NCBI GenBank assembly: GCA_037917685.1
Contig: JAVCBU010000006.1
Location: forward strand, 64,001 to 128,000
Source: Thermoproteota archaeon
Lineage (GTDB): Archaea > Korarchaeota > Korarchaeia > Korarchaeales > JAOZGB01
Direction: 5' to 3'
DNA: 64,000 nucleotides
Positions 1 to 10,141 of this stretch are shown here, one piece after another. The first letter of the stretch is position 1; each line of letters begins with the position of its first letter. Both the position numbers and the translations under genes were made by a program. The notes under the pieces are model-generated. The model ran no database searches. It worked only from the letters and a program-made list of their open reading frames with translations, and was not told where the DNA came from.

Positions 1-121
1 GTCCGGAAATAAGTACCAAGAATATGGATGTGAAGATTATTATGGTAGCTGTCTTATAGGTAAGCTCCGCTTCTTCGAAAAATCGAGTTGGAGAAACAAG
101 AAGTGAGGAAAGATTATCCAT
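1..121 (-). CDS. Partial membrane protein, possibly Yip1-like (runs off window start)
   Basis: Hand translation from ATG at 121: MDNLSSLLVSPTRFFEEAELTYKTATIIIFTSIFLVLISG. The 'LLxxPxxFF' motif followed by a TM helix resembles Yip1 N-termini. Overlaps the ribL stop. Confidence 0.4.
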   Translation of the reverse strand, partial: MDNLSSLLVSPTRFFEEAELTYKTATIIIFTSIFLVLISG

Positions 122-569
122 CGTGTTCCCCTTGAAATTTCCTTATTACACGATTTATTATCTCGCTTGAACTTTTAAACCTGCCGGTATACTTGGAAGC
201 TCTAAATATCTTTGATGTCAAACCATTACGTTTAAGTTTCTCTGCAAGTTCGTTCTCGTCTATTTTTTGATCATAACCTAAAACTATTATGTCCGGTTTA
301 ATGTCGAGTACTATCTTTGTTAAATCTTTGCATTCATATCCGAGTATTGCCTTGTCTACAGGTTTCAACTGTTCAACTATAAATCTCCTTGTCTCTTCAT
401 CAAATATGGGCTCCTTTCCTTTAATCCTTTCTACAGTTGAGTCTCTAGCGACTACTACAATTAGTATGGAATCCTCCCCGCCAATATCTTTTGCTTCTCT
501 AAGATAGTGGATATGTCCGGGGTGAATTATATCAAAACATCCAGCGGTCATGACTATCTTCAAATGCAC
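114..569 (-). CDS. ribL: FAD synthase (archaeal FMN adenylyltransferase)
   Basis: AGCFDIIHPGH (HxGH) nucleotidyltransferase motif, VVARD, PDIIVLGYDQ, SSSEI. Confidence 0.85.
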   Translation of the reverse strand: MHLKIVMTAGCFDIIHPGHIHYLREAKDIGGEDSILIVVVARDSTVERIKGKEPIFDEETRRFIVEQLKPVDKAILGYECKDLTKIVLDIKPDIIVLGYDQKIDENELAEKLKRNGLTSKIFRASKYTGRFKSSSEIINRVIRKFQGEHDG

Positions 570-622
570 ACACCTAAAGTTTATCGTAAAGGTGGCTTGT
601 TTAATATTAAAGGTAGGGACTA

Positions 623-1975
623 TTGACCATCTCCGTTTTTAAGAACAGCAGTCTTAAAAAGACACTTCTAAAAGAGGCTATAAATCTTGAAAGCGGATGG
701 TACGCTCTTATAGAAGGAAAAACAACTGTAGCTACAGATGGTAAAATGTCGGTGGTTTTCTGGAACACGGTATTCGATCGGGACCACCAGATAAAACCTG
801 CAGATACGCTCCTAAGATTCATAAAAAGAGAAGGCTTCCTTAAAGGAGCGGAGCAATTTTGCATGAAGTATGGAGGGAACTACTGTTTTATCGCATGCAA
901 AGGCGATGGAATTTTAGCGTACAGGAGCTTAACATGTAGTAAGCCTCTGTACTACTCGGTCCAGAATAAAACGGTCATCATAACATCTAAGAGGACTCCA
1001 TTCTTGCTTGATGGAATACGGAATTTTAGAAGGATAGGTAATGGAAAACTCGTTATTCCGGGAGCCAAGTCCAAAAAGGTATATTACTCCCCCAGCATTA
1101 AAGATGTAGACATTTATGAGGCAATAATAACAGCCCCCATGAGGTTAGGGCTAACGGGGAAGATAGCTGTTGCCTTCTCTGGTGGGGTTGATAGCTGTAT
1201 AACAGCAAAAGCCATAGCCGACGTGGGCGGCGAAGTTAAATTATTTACGACGGTGTTTGAGGGTGGGGTTGACGAGGAATGTGCTTTAGAAGCCGCTGAA
1301 GCCTTAGACTTACCTTTGAAAGTTACAAAGGTGGAGGATGCCCTGGTAGAGGAAAGACTGGAAAAGATTATTCTTGCTGCTGAAACTAGTGATGTTATTC
1401 AAGTTTCAGTGTCTATACCAGTTTATTTTACATGCTTAGAGGCCAGTAAAGAGGGATTTAGCGTTCTATCATCTGGGCAGGGTGCGGATGAACTTACTGC
1501 TGGATATCATAGGTATGAAAGAGCTCTCATCAAATACGGTTATGATAGGATTAGAATGATGCTAAAAAGCGACATATCAGAATTCTTTAAAGGTGTAGAG
1601 TTTTTTGACAGGGTGTCATCGGCTTTGGGGGTCTCTAGTATCCCACTCTTTACAGATCAAATTGTATTTGAAGTACTTAACTCCATAACTCCTCGAGATA
1701 AGATAAGGGTTATTGATAACAAAGTTGTAAGAAAGATCGTACTGAGAAACGTGGCTACTAAAATGGGAATACCAGAAAAAATAGCTTTAAGAGATAAAAA
1801 AGCTGCACAATACAGTTCTGGATGCTGGAAAACATTGAAACGAATTGCAAAGATGAGATTAATGAAACTTAGAAGGGAGGTGGGTGCTGAACGGTATTTA
1901 AGAACGATGATTAATTCGATTGCTACTAAATATGGTTTATTTAGTTTAAATAGCAACCTTAATAAAGTAGATTGA
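623..1975 (+). CDS. Asparagine synthase-like ATP pyrophosphatase
   Basis: PP-loop AFSGGVDS, SGQGADELTAGY, RKIVLR...KKAAQYSSG; no N-terminal Cys nucleophile. Confidence 0.75.
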   Translation: MTISVFKNSSLKKTLLKEAINLESGWYALIEGKTTVATDGKMSVVFWNTVFDRDHQIKPADTLLRFIKREGFLKGAEQFCMKYGGNYCFIACKGDGILAYRSLTCSKPLYYSVQNKTVIITSKRTPFLLDGIRNFRRIGNGKLVIPGAKSKKVYYSPSIKDVDIYEAIITAPMRLGLTGKIAVAFSGGVDSCITAKAIADVGGEVKLFTTVFEGGVDEECALEAAEALDLPLKVTKVEDALVEERLEKIILAAETSDVIQVSVSIPVYFTCLEASKEGFSVLSSGQGADELTAGYHRYERALIKYGYDRIRMMLKSDISEFFKGVEFFDRVSSALGVSSIPLFTDQIVFEVLNSITPRDKIRVIDNKVVRKIVLRNVATKMGIPEKIALRDKKAAQYSSGCWKTLKRIAKMRLMKLRREVGAERYLRTMINSIATKYGLFSLNSNLNKVD

Positions 1976-1981
1976 TGTGAT

Positions 1982-2737
1982 ATGGTGGGAGGGATGATTA
2001 GACTGAAGCTCTTGATATTTTGTACCGTTCTCCTAGTAACCATTAGTAGTACGCTACCATGCTATTTCCAAGCGAATTCATGGACTATGAGAGAGGAAAA
2101 GTGGTATATAGACCGCCAGGGCGGTGCCTGGGGAGACCTTAGAATATTTTACTCTCCAGATCTAGGTGACAAGGTTAGGGAGGAGATATTAGTAAAAAAG
2201 ACGATGAACCTCTCATTTTACACCGAGATTTACGAAAGTTACATAAAAACAGAGTATAAAATCATGGGGCTAAACCTAACAAACCTAACTGTCAAAATAA
2301 CTAATCTGGAGAAGTTTGGAATGCCGCTAGAGGTTGACGTGAAAATAGAAGTATGGGAGTTCTCTGTTGGAAGGGTAATTAGAACAGACAAAAATGAGAC
2401 AAAAACTATTTGGGAGATAGTTTACAATGTTAGAAAGCCATCCTATGGTGTACATGGCGTAAACTTTACATATCAATTCTACCTCCCAGAGGGAGCTATG
2501 CTCGAAGATTATAAGACAAGTCCGGAGGGGTATGGGACAATAAATGCTATAGAAAAGGAGAGAATCGTAGAATTCAAATTTAAAAGTGTTGACGAAAATG
2601 TGAAGCTATATATAAGTTATACGTTTGAGAAACAAGGTTTAGAGGAGAAAAAAATTGTAATAGGCGTGATTCTGGGATTGTTAATAGTGGCATCAGCCTT
2701 ATTCCTCATTTTAAGGCGGCGAAGACAGGCTTTCTAG
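1982..2737 (+). CDS. Exported protein with C-terminal membrane anchor
   Basis: Hydrophobic N-terminal signal, beta-rich body, C-terminal TM helix followed by RRRR. Confidence 0.7.
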   Translation: MVGGMIRLKLLIFCTVLLVTISSTLPCYFQANSWTMREEKWYIDRQGGAWGDLRIFYSPDLGDKVREEILVKKTMNLSFYTEIYESYIKTEYKIMGLNLTNLTVKITNLEKFGMPLEVDVKIEVWEFSVGRVIRTDKNETKTIWEIVYNVRKPSYGVHGVNFTYQFYLPEGAMLEDYKTSPEGYGTINAIEKERIVEFKFKSVDENVKLYISYTFEKQGLEEKKIVIGVILGLLIVASALFLILRRRRQAF

Positions 2738-3228
2738 TCTTCCCTATATTTTATTTTGATAAGGAACTCTTTTCTTTCTTTCCTATCTTCCTCGCTCTCC
2801 ACGCCTAGTGGTGGATAACCGTCAACAACTCCAAGAATGCATCTTCCCTGCCCAGTCACACCAATTACCACTTCAACAGGGTTTGCTGTTGCACAATATA
2901 AAGTGACAACCTCGCTTACCTCCTTGATCCGTGGGATAACGTTTATTGGGAAAGCATTACCTAAAAGAATAACAAAGCAGTGTCCACACGCTATTCTTTT
3001 GCAGAGTTCTACGGCATCGTTTTCAAGCTCCTTATCAGTACCCGCGTGCCTAATGAGCCTTTTACCGGATGACTCGCAGAATGCTACTCCAAATCTTATC
3101 CCGGGCACAGACTCTGATAGCGCATTATACAGGTCCTCCACCGTCTTAATAAAGTGGCTTTGACCTATAATCACATTAACCCCATTTTTAGGCCTGAATT
3201 TAACGACTTCAACATTGAGGCTCGACAT
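2734..3228 (-). CDS. Adenosine-specific kinase family protein (DUF355)
   Basis: NVIIGQSHFIKTVEDL, FGVAFCESSG, CATANP, GVVDG motifs. Confidence 0.85.
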   Translation of the reverse strand: MSSLNVEVVKFRPKNGVNVIIGQSHFIKTVEDLYNALSESVPGIRFGVAFCESSGKRLIRHAGTDKELENDAVELCKRIACGHCFVILLGNAFPINVIPRIKEVSEVVTLYCATANPVEVVIGVTGQGRCILGVVDGYPPLGVESEEDRKERKEFLIKIKYRED

Positions 3229-3297
3229 ACAATATTAAAGGTAGGTGTTTATTATAACTCTCACTACTGTAGAAGTTCTTAAACTGGTGACATAGAG

Positions 3298-4227
3298 ATG
3301 AGATTAAAGGCTGCCGTAATAGGTTGCGGATGGTTTGGAAAGGCTCATGCAAGGGTGTATAGGACGATAAGAAACGTGGAGCTGGTAGCTGTAGCAGATA
3401 AAAATTTCGAAAGGGCCAAAAATGTTGCAGAGGGGTATGGGTGTAAGGCTTACAAAGACCATATAAGCCTCCTGGAAAGAGAAGATATAGACCTGTTAAG
3501 CATCGCAGTAACTCCTCAATACCTTGTAGACATAGCTCTAGAATCCATAGATTATGGAGTCAACATTCTCCTTGAGAAGCCTTTATCCACTAAGATTGAA
3601 AAGTATGAGAAGCTTGTACAAAAGGTAAAAAAAGCTTCGATAGTTTTTATGCCCGGATTCATCGAACTATTTAACCCGGCATATGAGGTTGCGTCAAGTA
3701 TAATTAGAAAGGGGGAGCTTGGGGAGATATACAATGTAAGCGCAAGAAGAATAGGCAGAACTCCTAAGAGAGGACTTAAATGGGAGGTTGGGGTAACTTT
3801 AGACCTTGCAATCCACGAGGTGTATATCTTAAATGATCTTTTTGGCGATGTTGAGTTCGTGGGAAGCTATAAAAGCATGGTGCTAGGTGAGCCATATGAG
3901 GATGTAGCTCTAATTGTGCTAAGAATGAAGAATAGGGCTATGGGTTTGATTGAAGTTAACTGGATAACTCCAACAAGTGTAAGAGAGTTAAGAGTAAGCG
4001 GGTCTAAGGGTAGCTTAAGTTTGAATTATAAAACACAAACTGTCGAGGTGAACTATAGAGAAGGGTTAGAAGCTCCATATATACGGAATGAGGAGCCGTT
4101 AAAAAGAGAGCTTGAACATTTCGCTTCCTCAGTGGGTGAAGGATCCAAACCGTATCCTGACGAGGATTTCGGTCTTAAAGTTTTAAAAATGGTGTTTAGG
4201 GCGGTTGATGATGCTTTACAAATTTAA
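3298..4227 (+). CDS. Gfo/Idh/MocA family oxidoreductase (nucleotide-sugar dehydrogenase-like)
   Basis: GCGWFG Rossmann motif, LLEKP, DLAIHE. Confidence 0.85.
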   Translation: MRLKAAVIGCGWFGKAHARVYRTIRNVELVAVADKNFERAKNVAEGYGCKAYKDHISLLEREDIDLLSIAVTPQYLVDIALESIDYGVNILLEKPLSTKIEKYEKLVQKVKKASIVFMPGFIELFNPAYEVASSIIRKGELGEIYNVSARRIGRTPKRGLKWEVGVTLDLAIHEVYILNDLFGDVEFVGSYKSMVLGEPYEDVALIVLRMKNRAMGLIEVNWITPTSVRELRVSGSKGSLSLNYKTQTVEVNYREGLEAPYIRNEEPLKRELEHFASSVGEGSKPYPDEDFGLKVLKMVFRAVDDALQI

Positions 4228-4831
4228 TCGTAAGACGATACGTCTATTTATCACTGCCATGGTGACATCTGTAGGTATAAGCTTGCTTTTTCAACTAATC
4301 TTCCTATATTTGTTCATCGAACAAGTTTATGCAGAAATAGGAGGAGGCTATTTCGGGTATCAAGGGGTTGAAATAATGGGACTAATCGGCTATTCAAGGA
4401 TAAAACTTGCATTGCTAGCACTATGTCCGTTTTCTTTAAACAGGATAAGATTAGCGTTTTACATTCCTGGACAGCATCTCGGGAGCGTTGAAATAGAGGG
4501 TGCCGGGAAGTATAGTGTTTTTTATCCTTTCTTCGTGTTTTTAGGGACTATAGCCTATCTTCGTTCCCTTGAAAAGCATGGAGCATTTAGCAAAGTCTAC
4601 ATGGCATTTTCTTCTCTGTTGGTATCGCTTCTAACACTATTCTTGCAAATCTTTCTATCAGCAATTCCTTTTCTGGTATCTACAACATACGGTTTGGTTA
4701 CTATGAGTGTGGAGCTTAATTTCTCAAACTTACCTTTAAGTATTTCAATAACTTTGGGGAGTAGTTCTATAGCATACATAGTTTGGAATAGGGGTTTAAT
4801 TGGGGCTAACATGGGAGGATCTCAGCATTAA
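4205..4831 (+). CDS. Hypothetical multi-pass membrane protein
   Basis: About 5 hydrophobic segments; overlaps both neighbours as in an operon. Confidence 0.6.
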   Translation: MMMLYKFNRKTIRLFITAMVTSVGISLLFQLIFLYLFIEQVYAEIGGGYFGYQGVEIMGLIGYSRIKLALLALCPFSLNRIRLAFYIPGQHLGSVEIEGAGKYSVFYPFFVFLGTIAYLRSLEKHGAFSKVYMAFSSLLVSLLTLFLQIFLSAIPFLVSTTYGLVTMSVELNFSNLPLSISITLGSSSIAYIVWNRGLIGANMGGSQH

Positions 4832-5915
4832 AGGCCACGTACATGGCGAACTAGTGATAGTAGAAGCAGGAGAGGAAGAGAAAGGCATGTTATACAGGCG
4901 TGGGTGGGGATTCAAGGCTCCTGACGGCCAGCTATTTCTACCTCTGGTGTCAGCAGCTTATCTGTCAGAAAATGATAAACTTGAAGTATACGAGGAAGAT
5001 AGGAAACTTACTGTATCTGAAATAATGAGTTTAGCGGCTAAAATAAACCCCACAGATATCTTGCGATATTTTGTACTCAAGGATCTAAGATCTAAGGGCA
5101 GGATTGTGAAGGTTGAGCCGAAGACACCATTCATGAGATTGTATCCAAGGGGGGCAGAAGTCGGACTCGAGACAGCTAGAATACTTGTATACTCTGTGTC
5201 AGAAGATGAACCGTTAAAACAAGGAGAACTCGTAAAAATAATTAGATACGCAGCTAGAACTAGGAAAACTCTCTTACTAGCCGTAATAGATGATGAAATG
5301 AACATTAGCTATTATACCGCAGAGCAATTCCAGCCTGAACAGATTAGGGAAGTACAACTCCCTAGAAATAAGGCTGTTGCTGAACTGATACATGACAGAA
5401 TAATAATATGGAATGGAGAATTAGCTGACGAATTCTATAAGAATGGTTTTTGGGGTCATCCTATAGGTGTCAGAAAGCCTAAAGTCACAGAAAAATATGG
5501 AAAACCGCTCCAACTCTCCCTCCTTGAAGGAATATATCTTGCCGAGAAGGGATGCATAGAAGTGATCGATGTCGAGAGCGGAGAGAAAATCACCCCAGAA
5601 AGCCTTATTAAACCGCTAGGCAAGATGAGAAGAAAGGCTTTGGTTAAGCTTTCTGTCTATAGATTTTGGAGAGATAAAGGATACATTGTTAAACCAGCAT
5701 CAAAGTATGGTGTAGACTTTATGTTTTACAAGTATGGCCCGGGCATAGACCATGCCCCCTACATGTGCTTCACATCTAGCCCCGACGAGGAAATCCTGCC
5801 AGTCGAACTCATAAGAGCAGGGAGAATAGCTACGACAGTCAGAAAAACACTGGTTGTAAGTGTAAAAGAGAATAATCATATATTTCACTACCGTGTAAAG
5901 TGGTACAAGCCATAG
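4800..5915 (+). CDS. endA: tRNA-intron endonuclease, two-unit (structural + catalytic) fusion
   Basis: N-terminal unit ends ...LAVIDDEMNISYY (L10 loop). C-terminal unit has KYGVDFMFYKYGPGIDHAPY...RIATTVRK...W with catalytic Tyr/His/Lys. Confidence 0.92.
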   Translation: MGLTWEDLSIKGHVHGELVIVEAGEEEKGMLYRRGWGFKAPDGQLFLPLVSAAYLSENDKLEVYEEDRKLTVSEIMSLAAKINPTDILRYFVLKDLRSKGRIVKVEPKTPFMRLYPRGAEVGLETARILVYSVSEDEPLKQGELVKIIRYAARTRKTLLLAVIDDEMNISYYTAEQFQPEQIREVQLPRNKAVAELIHDRIIIWNGELADEFYKNGFWGHPIGVRKPKVTEKYGKPLQLSLLEGIYLAEKGCIEVIDVESGEKITPESLIKPLGKMRRKALVKLSVYRFWRDKGYIVKPASKYGVDFMFYKYGPGIDHAPYMCFTSSPDEEILPVELIRAGRIATTVRKTLVVSVKENNHIFHYRVKWYKP

Positions 5916-5922
5916 TAAGGAG

Positions 5923-6327
5923 TTATTTGTTTATAAGAAGTTCTACAAACCTGGATGCATGAACACCTGAAGATTTGGCTTTCTCAAAAGTTAATTTAAA
6001 GCCTCTGGAGGTTTTCTCAAATGTTTCTGGTCTTGCGAATACAGCAAGCTTAAATTTTTTAAACACAACGTAGAACCATGGTTCCGAGCCGAATAAGGTG
6101 CTAAACTCCAACAGAGAATCAAGGTCTGTTTGTGAAATGTACAATGTCCTCTCATAGGTTGTTTTAACCTGTATAGCCGCTATATTACCTTTAAAACCTA
6201 CTAACACGTCTGGAGAATAGCTGGACTTACCGCTTCCGGCTATTCTAACAGCGGCCAATCCTTTCTTTCTCAAAATTCTAGTAAGCTTCCACTCATACCT
6301 GTATCCATGTTTATACAGTTTAGTCAC
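5923..6327 (-). CDS. hjc: Holliday junction resolvase Hjc
   Basis: GYRYEWKL, VRIAGSG, PDVL, IQVKT (PD-(D/E)xK variant). Confidence 0.8.
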   Translation of the reverse strand: MTKLYKHGYRYEWKLTRILRKKGLAAVRIAGSGKSSYSPDVLVGFKGNIAAIQVKTTYERTLYISQTDLDSLLEFSTLFGSEPWFYVVFKKFKLAVFARPETFEKTSRGFKLTFEKAKSSGVHASRFVELLINK

Positions 6328-7204
6328 CTGTAAGTTTTACGGCTCCATCCTTAATTATTAGGAAGGTATGCTCAGCTTGAGCGATAGGAGCCCCCTTAAC
6401 TTCTACTAAGACTGGAAATTCATATAAAGCATTCTTCTTCAACAGGATCTTCAAAGCCTTTTTGAAATCTAAGCCTGTTACCCATCTTTCACAGAACGGA
6501 AGTCGCATGCACTCGTCTCTACTAAACATAAGAAGCTTCTCAGCGTCTCCTGAGGCTTTAATATCCCTCCTATACATGAAAATATAGGATTCTCTGCCAT
6601 CCGTAACCCTTCCAGCCCCCCAGTTCGCGGTTGTAAACGGTTCTATGGCGATAACATCACCCTCCCTGAGCCTATAGCCACCAAATGTTGGTACATTAGG
6701 TATCGACGCTCCATGGATCTTATACCTTTCTATTTTATGTCCTGAGAGGTTCTCTATAACCTTAAGATTAAAACTTCTAACTGTACTGTAGATTACCTCT
6801 CCTATCCGCCCAACCTTCAAACCTGGTCTAAGAATTCTTTCAGCTCTTTCAAGTGCTGCTCTGGCAGCTTCTACAAGAACGGACAGTCTATCGTCAAAAC
6901 ATATTGTGATGGCAGAATCAACAATACAGCCGTCTATGTGTAAACCCATATCAACCTTAACTATGTCTGTTGACCCTATCACGAGGCTATCTCTTGGAGG
7001 TGATGTGTAGTGAGCAGCTGTACTTCCTATTGAGATGTTCGTCGGGAAAGCGGGTTTGAACCCGGCTTCTCTTATCATCTTTTCAGACTGTTCACAGATG
7101 TCAATTACCTTAACTCCCTCTCTAACCATATTAGCTGTCGTTTTAAGGATGTCCCTAAGCTTTTCCCCTGCAATATAGTACTTCTCAGTATCATTGACCC
7201 CCAA
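6320..7204 (-). CDS. map: Methionine aminopeptidase type II
   Basis: AFPTNIS, AAHYT, KVDMGLHIDG, LSGHKI, AIEPF, AQAEHT. Confidence 0.95.
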   Translation of the reverse strand: MGVNDTEKYYIAGEKLRDILKTTANMVREGVKVIDICEQSEKMIREAGFKPAFPTNISIGSTAAHYTSPPRDSLVIGSTDIVKVDMGLHIDGCIVDSAITICFDDRLSVLVEAARAALERAERILRPGLKVGRIGEVIYSTVRSFNLKVIENLSGHKIERYKIHGASIPNVPTFGGYRLREGDVIAIEPFTTANWGAGRVTDGRESYIFMYRRDIKASGDAEKLLMFSRDECMRLPFCERWVTGLDFKKALKILLKKNALYEFPVLVEVKGAPIAQAEHTFLIIKDGAVKLTGD

Positions 7205-7261
7205 TTCCCAGTTTAAAATTCTGATGTAAAGTTTTAAGTCTTCTTGATCATACTTTTATTT

Positions 7262-7891
7262 GTGAGAATTTTCAGGGTATATCCGAAGCATCCTGATTTG
7301 CACGCTATTGAATTAGCCGCTAATGTTATAAGGATGGGGGGATTTGTAGTATATCCTACCGACACGTGTTACGCCCTAGGAGTAAATGCTCTAAACCCTA
7401 GGGCAGTATTGGAACTTTACAGGTTAAAGAAAAGAAGCTTGTCTAAATATATAACAATGGCCCTCTCCGACGTCAAAGAGCTTGATAAATACGCAGTTTG
7501 GGAGATTAAGTATGACGGTATAATACAACGGTTTTTACCCGGACCAGTAACTTTCATTATGCACAAGAAGGCGGTGGTTCCAGACATTCTTAACCCTACA
7601 GCTGTGGGGATAAGGATTCCAGACAATGATATTGCAAGGCTGCTTGTAAATAAGGCAGGAGTGCCCGTCACTGCAACCAGCGCTAATATTTCAGGGGCTC
7701 CACAGGCTTATAAGATAGAAAATATAGTGAGATACTTCGGCGAAGGGGTTGATGTAATACTTGACGCAGGCCAACTTCCATATAGGCCTCCCTCAACGAT
7801 CGTCGATCTCACCGGGCCTAAGCCTGTTTTAATACGTGAAGGTGCGGTTCCATTTGCTGAGATCCTTAGAGTTTTGAGGGAAACGGCATGA
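7262..7891 (+). CDS. sua5: L-threonylcarbamoyladenylate synthase (single-domain TsaC/Sua5)
   Basis: VVYPTDTCYAL, KKR, PGPVT, GIRIP, TATSANISG, PSTIVD; GTG start at 7262 inferred. Confidence 0.93.
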   Translation: MRIFRVYPKHPDLHAIELAANVIRMGGFVVYPTDTCYALGVNALNPRAVLELYRLKKRSLSKYITMALSDVKELDKYAVWEIKYDGIIQRFLPGPVTFIMHKKAVVPDILNPTAVGIRIPDNDIARLLVNKAGVPVTATSANISGAPQAYKIENIVRYFGEGVDVILDAGQLPYRPPSTIVDLTGPKPVLIREGAVPFAEILRVLRETA

Positions 7892-8889
7892 AGGGAGAGA
7901 AGAATATTATATGTTTGGGGATAGAGTCTACAGCCCATACGTTTGGAGTAGGCATCGTAGATTCTAGAGGTAACATATTCAGCAATGTTTTATCAACGTA
8001 TCGCCCGGCTACTGGTGGAATTCATCCATTTGAAGCTTCCGAGCACCATTACAAGGTTGCCTTGGCTACGATACAGAAAGCACTAAAAGAGGCATCTCTA
8101 CGATTAAACAATGTGAACCTTATAGGCTTTTCAGCAGGGCCCGGCCTCCCCCCTTGCCTTAGCATAGGAGCTGTTATTGCTAGAACTCTAAGTATTAAAT
8201 GTAACGTTCCTCTTTCCCTAGTTAATCATTGCATAGCCCATATCGAAATAGGAAGGCTCACTACTAAGCTGCATGACCCACTTACAGTTTTCGTCTCTGG
8301 AGTCAATACCCAACTTATCGTCCATGATGGTAGAGGTTACGTGGTTATAGGCGAAACGCAGGACATAGGTCTCGGAAATGCGCAGGATAAGCTTGGGAGG
8401 GAAGTAGGCCTACCCTTCCCTGTGGGGCCACACTTAGATAAGATAAGTGGGAGATGGATTGATCTTCCATATACCGTCAAGGGAATGGATCTAGCTTTTA
8501 GTGGAATTTTAACAGAAGCCATCAAAAAGCTTAAGAAGGGTTTTAAATGGGAGGATGTTGCGTATAGTTTTCAAGAGGTTACTTTTTCCATGCTTGTCGA
8601 GGCAGCCGAACGTGCCCTAGCCCATACAGGTAAGGACAGCCTACTATTAACAGGAGGGGTCGCTGCTTCGCCTAGACTCCAAGAAAAATTTAGGATAATG
8701 TGTGAGGATAGAGGAGTTATTTTTAAGGTTGTACCTAAGGCTCTTGCTATAGATAATGGCGCCATGATAGCTTGGACCGCAATTTTATCTTACAGGTTAC
8801 ATGGGGGCGACGACTTAGAATTTAAAGTTAGGCCGAAATGGAGAATAGACAGTTTAGAGTGGCCTCTTCAAGAAGTTGGAGGAGGTTGA
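7888..8889 (+). CDS. kae1: t6A tRNA threonylcarbamoyltransferase Kae1
   Basis: LGIESTAHTFG, GGIHP, VNHCIAHIE, LPYTVKGMD, DNGAMIAW. Confidence 0.95.
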   Translation: MKGEKNIICLGIESTAHTFGVGIVDSRGNIFSNVLSTYRPATGGIHPFEASEHHYKVALATIQKALKEASLRLNNVNLIGFSAGPGLPPCLSIGAVIARTLSIKCNVPLSLVNHCIAHIEIGRLTTKLHDPLTVFVSGVNTQLIVHDGRGYVVIGETQDIGLGNAQDKLGREVGLPFPVGPHLDKISGRWIDLPYTVKGMDLAFSGILTEAIKKLKKGFKWEDVAYSFQEVTFSMLVEAAERALAHTGKDSLLLTGGVAASPRLQEKFRIMCEDRGVIFKVVPKALAIDNGAMIAWTAILSYRLHGGDDLEFKVRPKWRIDSLEWPLQEVGGG

Positions 8890-8890
8890 T

Positions 8891-9457
8891 ATGAAGATTT
8901 GTATTACCGGATTCACCGGTGCAGGTAAGAGTACGTTAGCAAAAAGGCTTGCTAAGAGATTCAATCTTAAAATAGTCTCTGGCGGGGAAATGCTAAAGAA
9001 GATAGCCCTTGAAAGGGGGTTTAAGGATGAAGTTGGATGGTGGGAGAAGCCTTCGGGACAGAAATTCCTTGAGATGAGGCTTAAGAATCTAGATGTAGAC
9101 AAGGAAATAGATCGGCGGTTATTGGAGATAGCTGAAAGGGAGGATAACATTATCCTCGATGCTTGGACTATGGCCTACCTATACAAAGGCGACGCTATAA
9201 AAATATACCTAAAGGCTAGCCTCGAGGAAAGAGCTAGAAGGGTTTCTAAAAGAGATAATATACACTTTAACGATGCATTAGAAAGAGTTAAGAGAAAAGA
9301 TAAGTTGACATCAACAATCTATGAGAAGCTTTATGGGTTTAAGCTAGGTGATGATCTGAAACCTTTCCATATCGTAGTTGACACCACAAGGCTAAAACCG
9401 GATGACGTTGAACTCATTGTCTCAAGTTTTATAATGTCATGGTTGAGAGATAGTTAG
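8891..9457 (+). CDS. cmk: Cytidylate kinase (archaeal type)
   Basis: GFTGAGKST P-loop, SGGEM, DKEID, IYLKAS...RARR; GGAGGT SD before ATG 8891. Confidence 0.85.
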   Translation: MKICITGFTGAGKSTLAKRLAKRFNLKIVSGGEMLKKIALERGFKDEVGWWEKPSGQKFLEMRLKNLDVDKEIDRRLLEIAEREDNIILDAWTMAYLYKGDAIKIYLKASLEERARRVSKRDNIHFNDALERVKRKDKLTSTIYEKLYGFKLGDDLKPFHIVVDTTRLKPDDVELIVSSFIMSWLRDS

Positions 9458-10081
9458 ATTCTCCTGAACTATTATTTGCTTGCTTAACAAATCGGACGCC
9501 TGGAATATATTTATGAGTTCTGAAGGCTCGAATACTCCAAACACTTTCCGTCTAGAAACAGGCTGGATCGGTATTAGTAATTCCTCAACATTACTTATCA
9601 TCTGCCTCGGATATTTGTTCTCCTGAGATTTAGGGGGTTTTACGCCTACGAAGGCTAAACCTTCTTTTTTGATGCATACGATTTTGCCCCAGTTTTCGGA
9701 GGATAGGATAAGGCTGAGCTCCCTTGTTTGAATATCCTTTAATATTACGTCTACGTTAAGATAACCGGCTTTTAGAGGAGGTATAAGCTCCGTTAAACTC
9801 CCCCTAGGGAATATATTCCTATTATCCTCTATTTTACTTACAATAAGTTTCTCATAGGGGTGCTTAGTTGCTGTGGTTAGCGCTGTTACACCATGATACT
9901 CTAACCCGCCAGCGCTTCCACCAGCTATAATTGGCTTTCCATCATAAAAAACAATGGAAAATTCTAAGTCTTTCCCTGTAAGCCTGAGCTTATAGATACC
10001 CTTGAATTTCTTTAAGTATTCAAAGATTGCTCTGATGGGAACTTCTCCACCGGTGGATTCTAAAACAGGTTGTTCAGGCAT
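9437..10081 (-). CDS. Hypothetical protein (DUF2226/DUF4388-like)
   Basis: 'F..LKKFKGIYKLRL...IVFYDGKPIIA' pattern; family assignment tentative. Confidence 0.45.
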   Translation of the reverse strand: MPEQPVLESTGGEVPIRAIFEYLKKFKGIYKLRLTGKDLEFSIVFYDGKPIIAGGSAGGLEYHGVTALTTATKHPYEKLIVSKIEDNRNIFPRGSLTELIPPLKAGYLNVDVILKDIQTRELSLILSSENWGKIVCIKKEGLAFVGVKPPKSQENKYPRQMISNVEELLIPIQPVSRRKVFGVFEPSELINIFQASDLLSKQIIVQENLTISQP

Positions 10082-10141
10082 TCGATAGGTTTATACTGAA
10101 GATAATATAAATATCTTAGGCTAATAAATATAGTGACTTGT

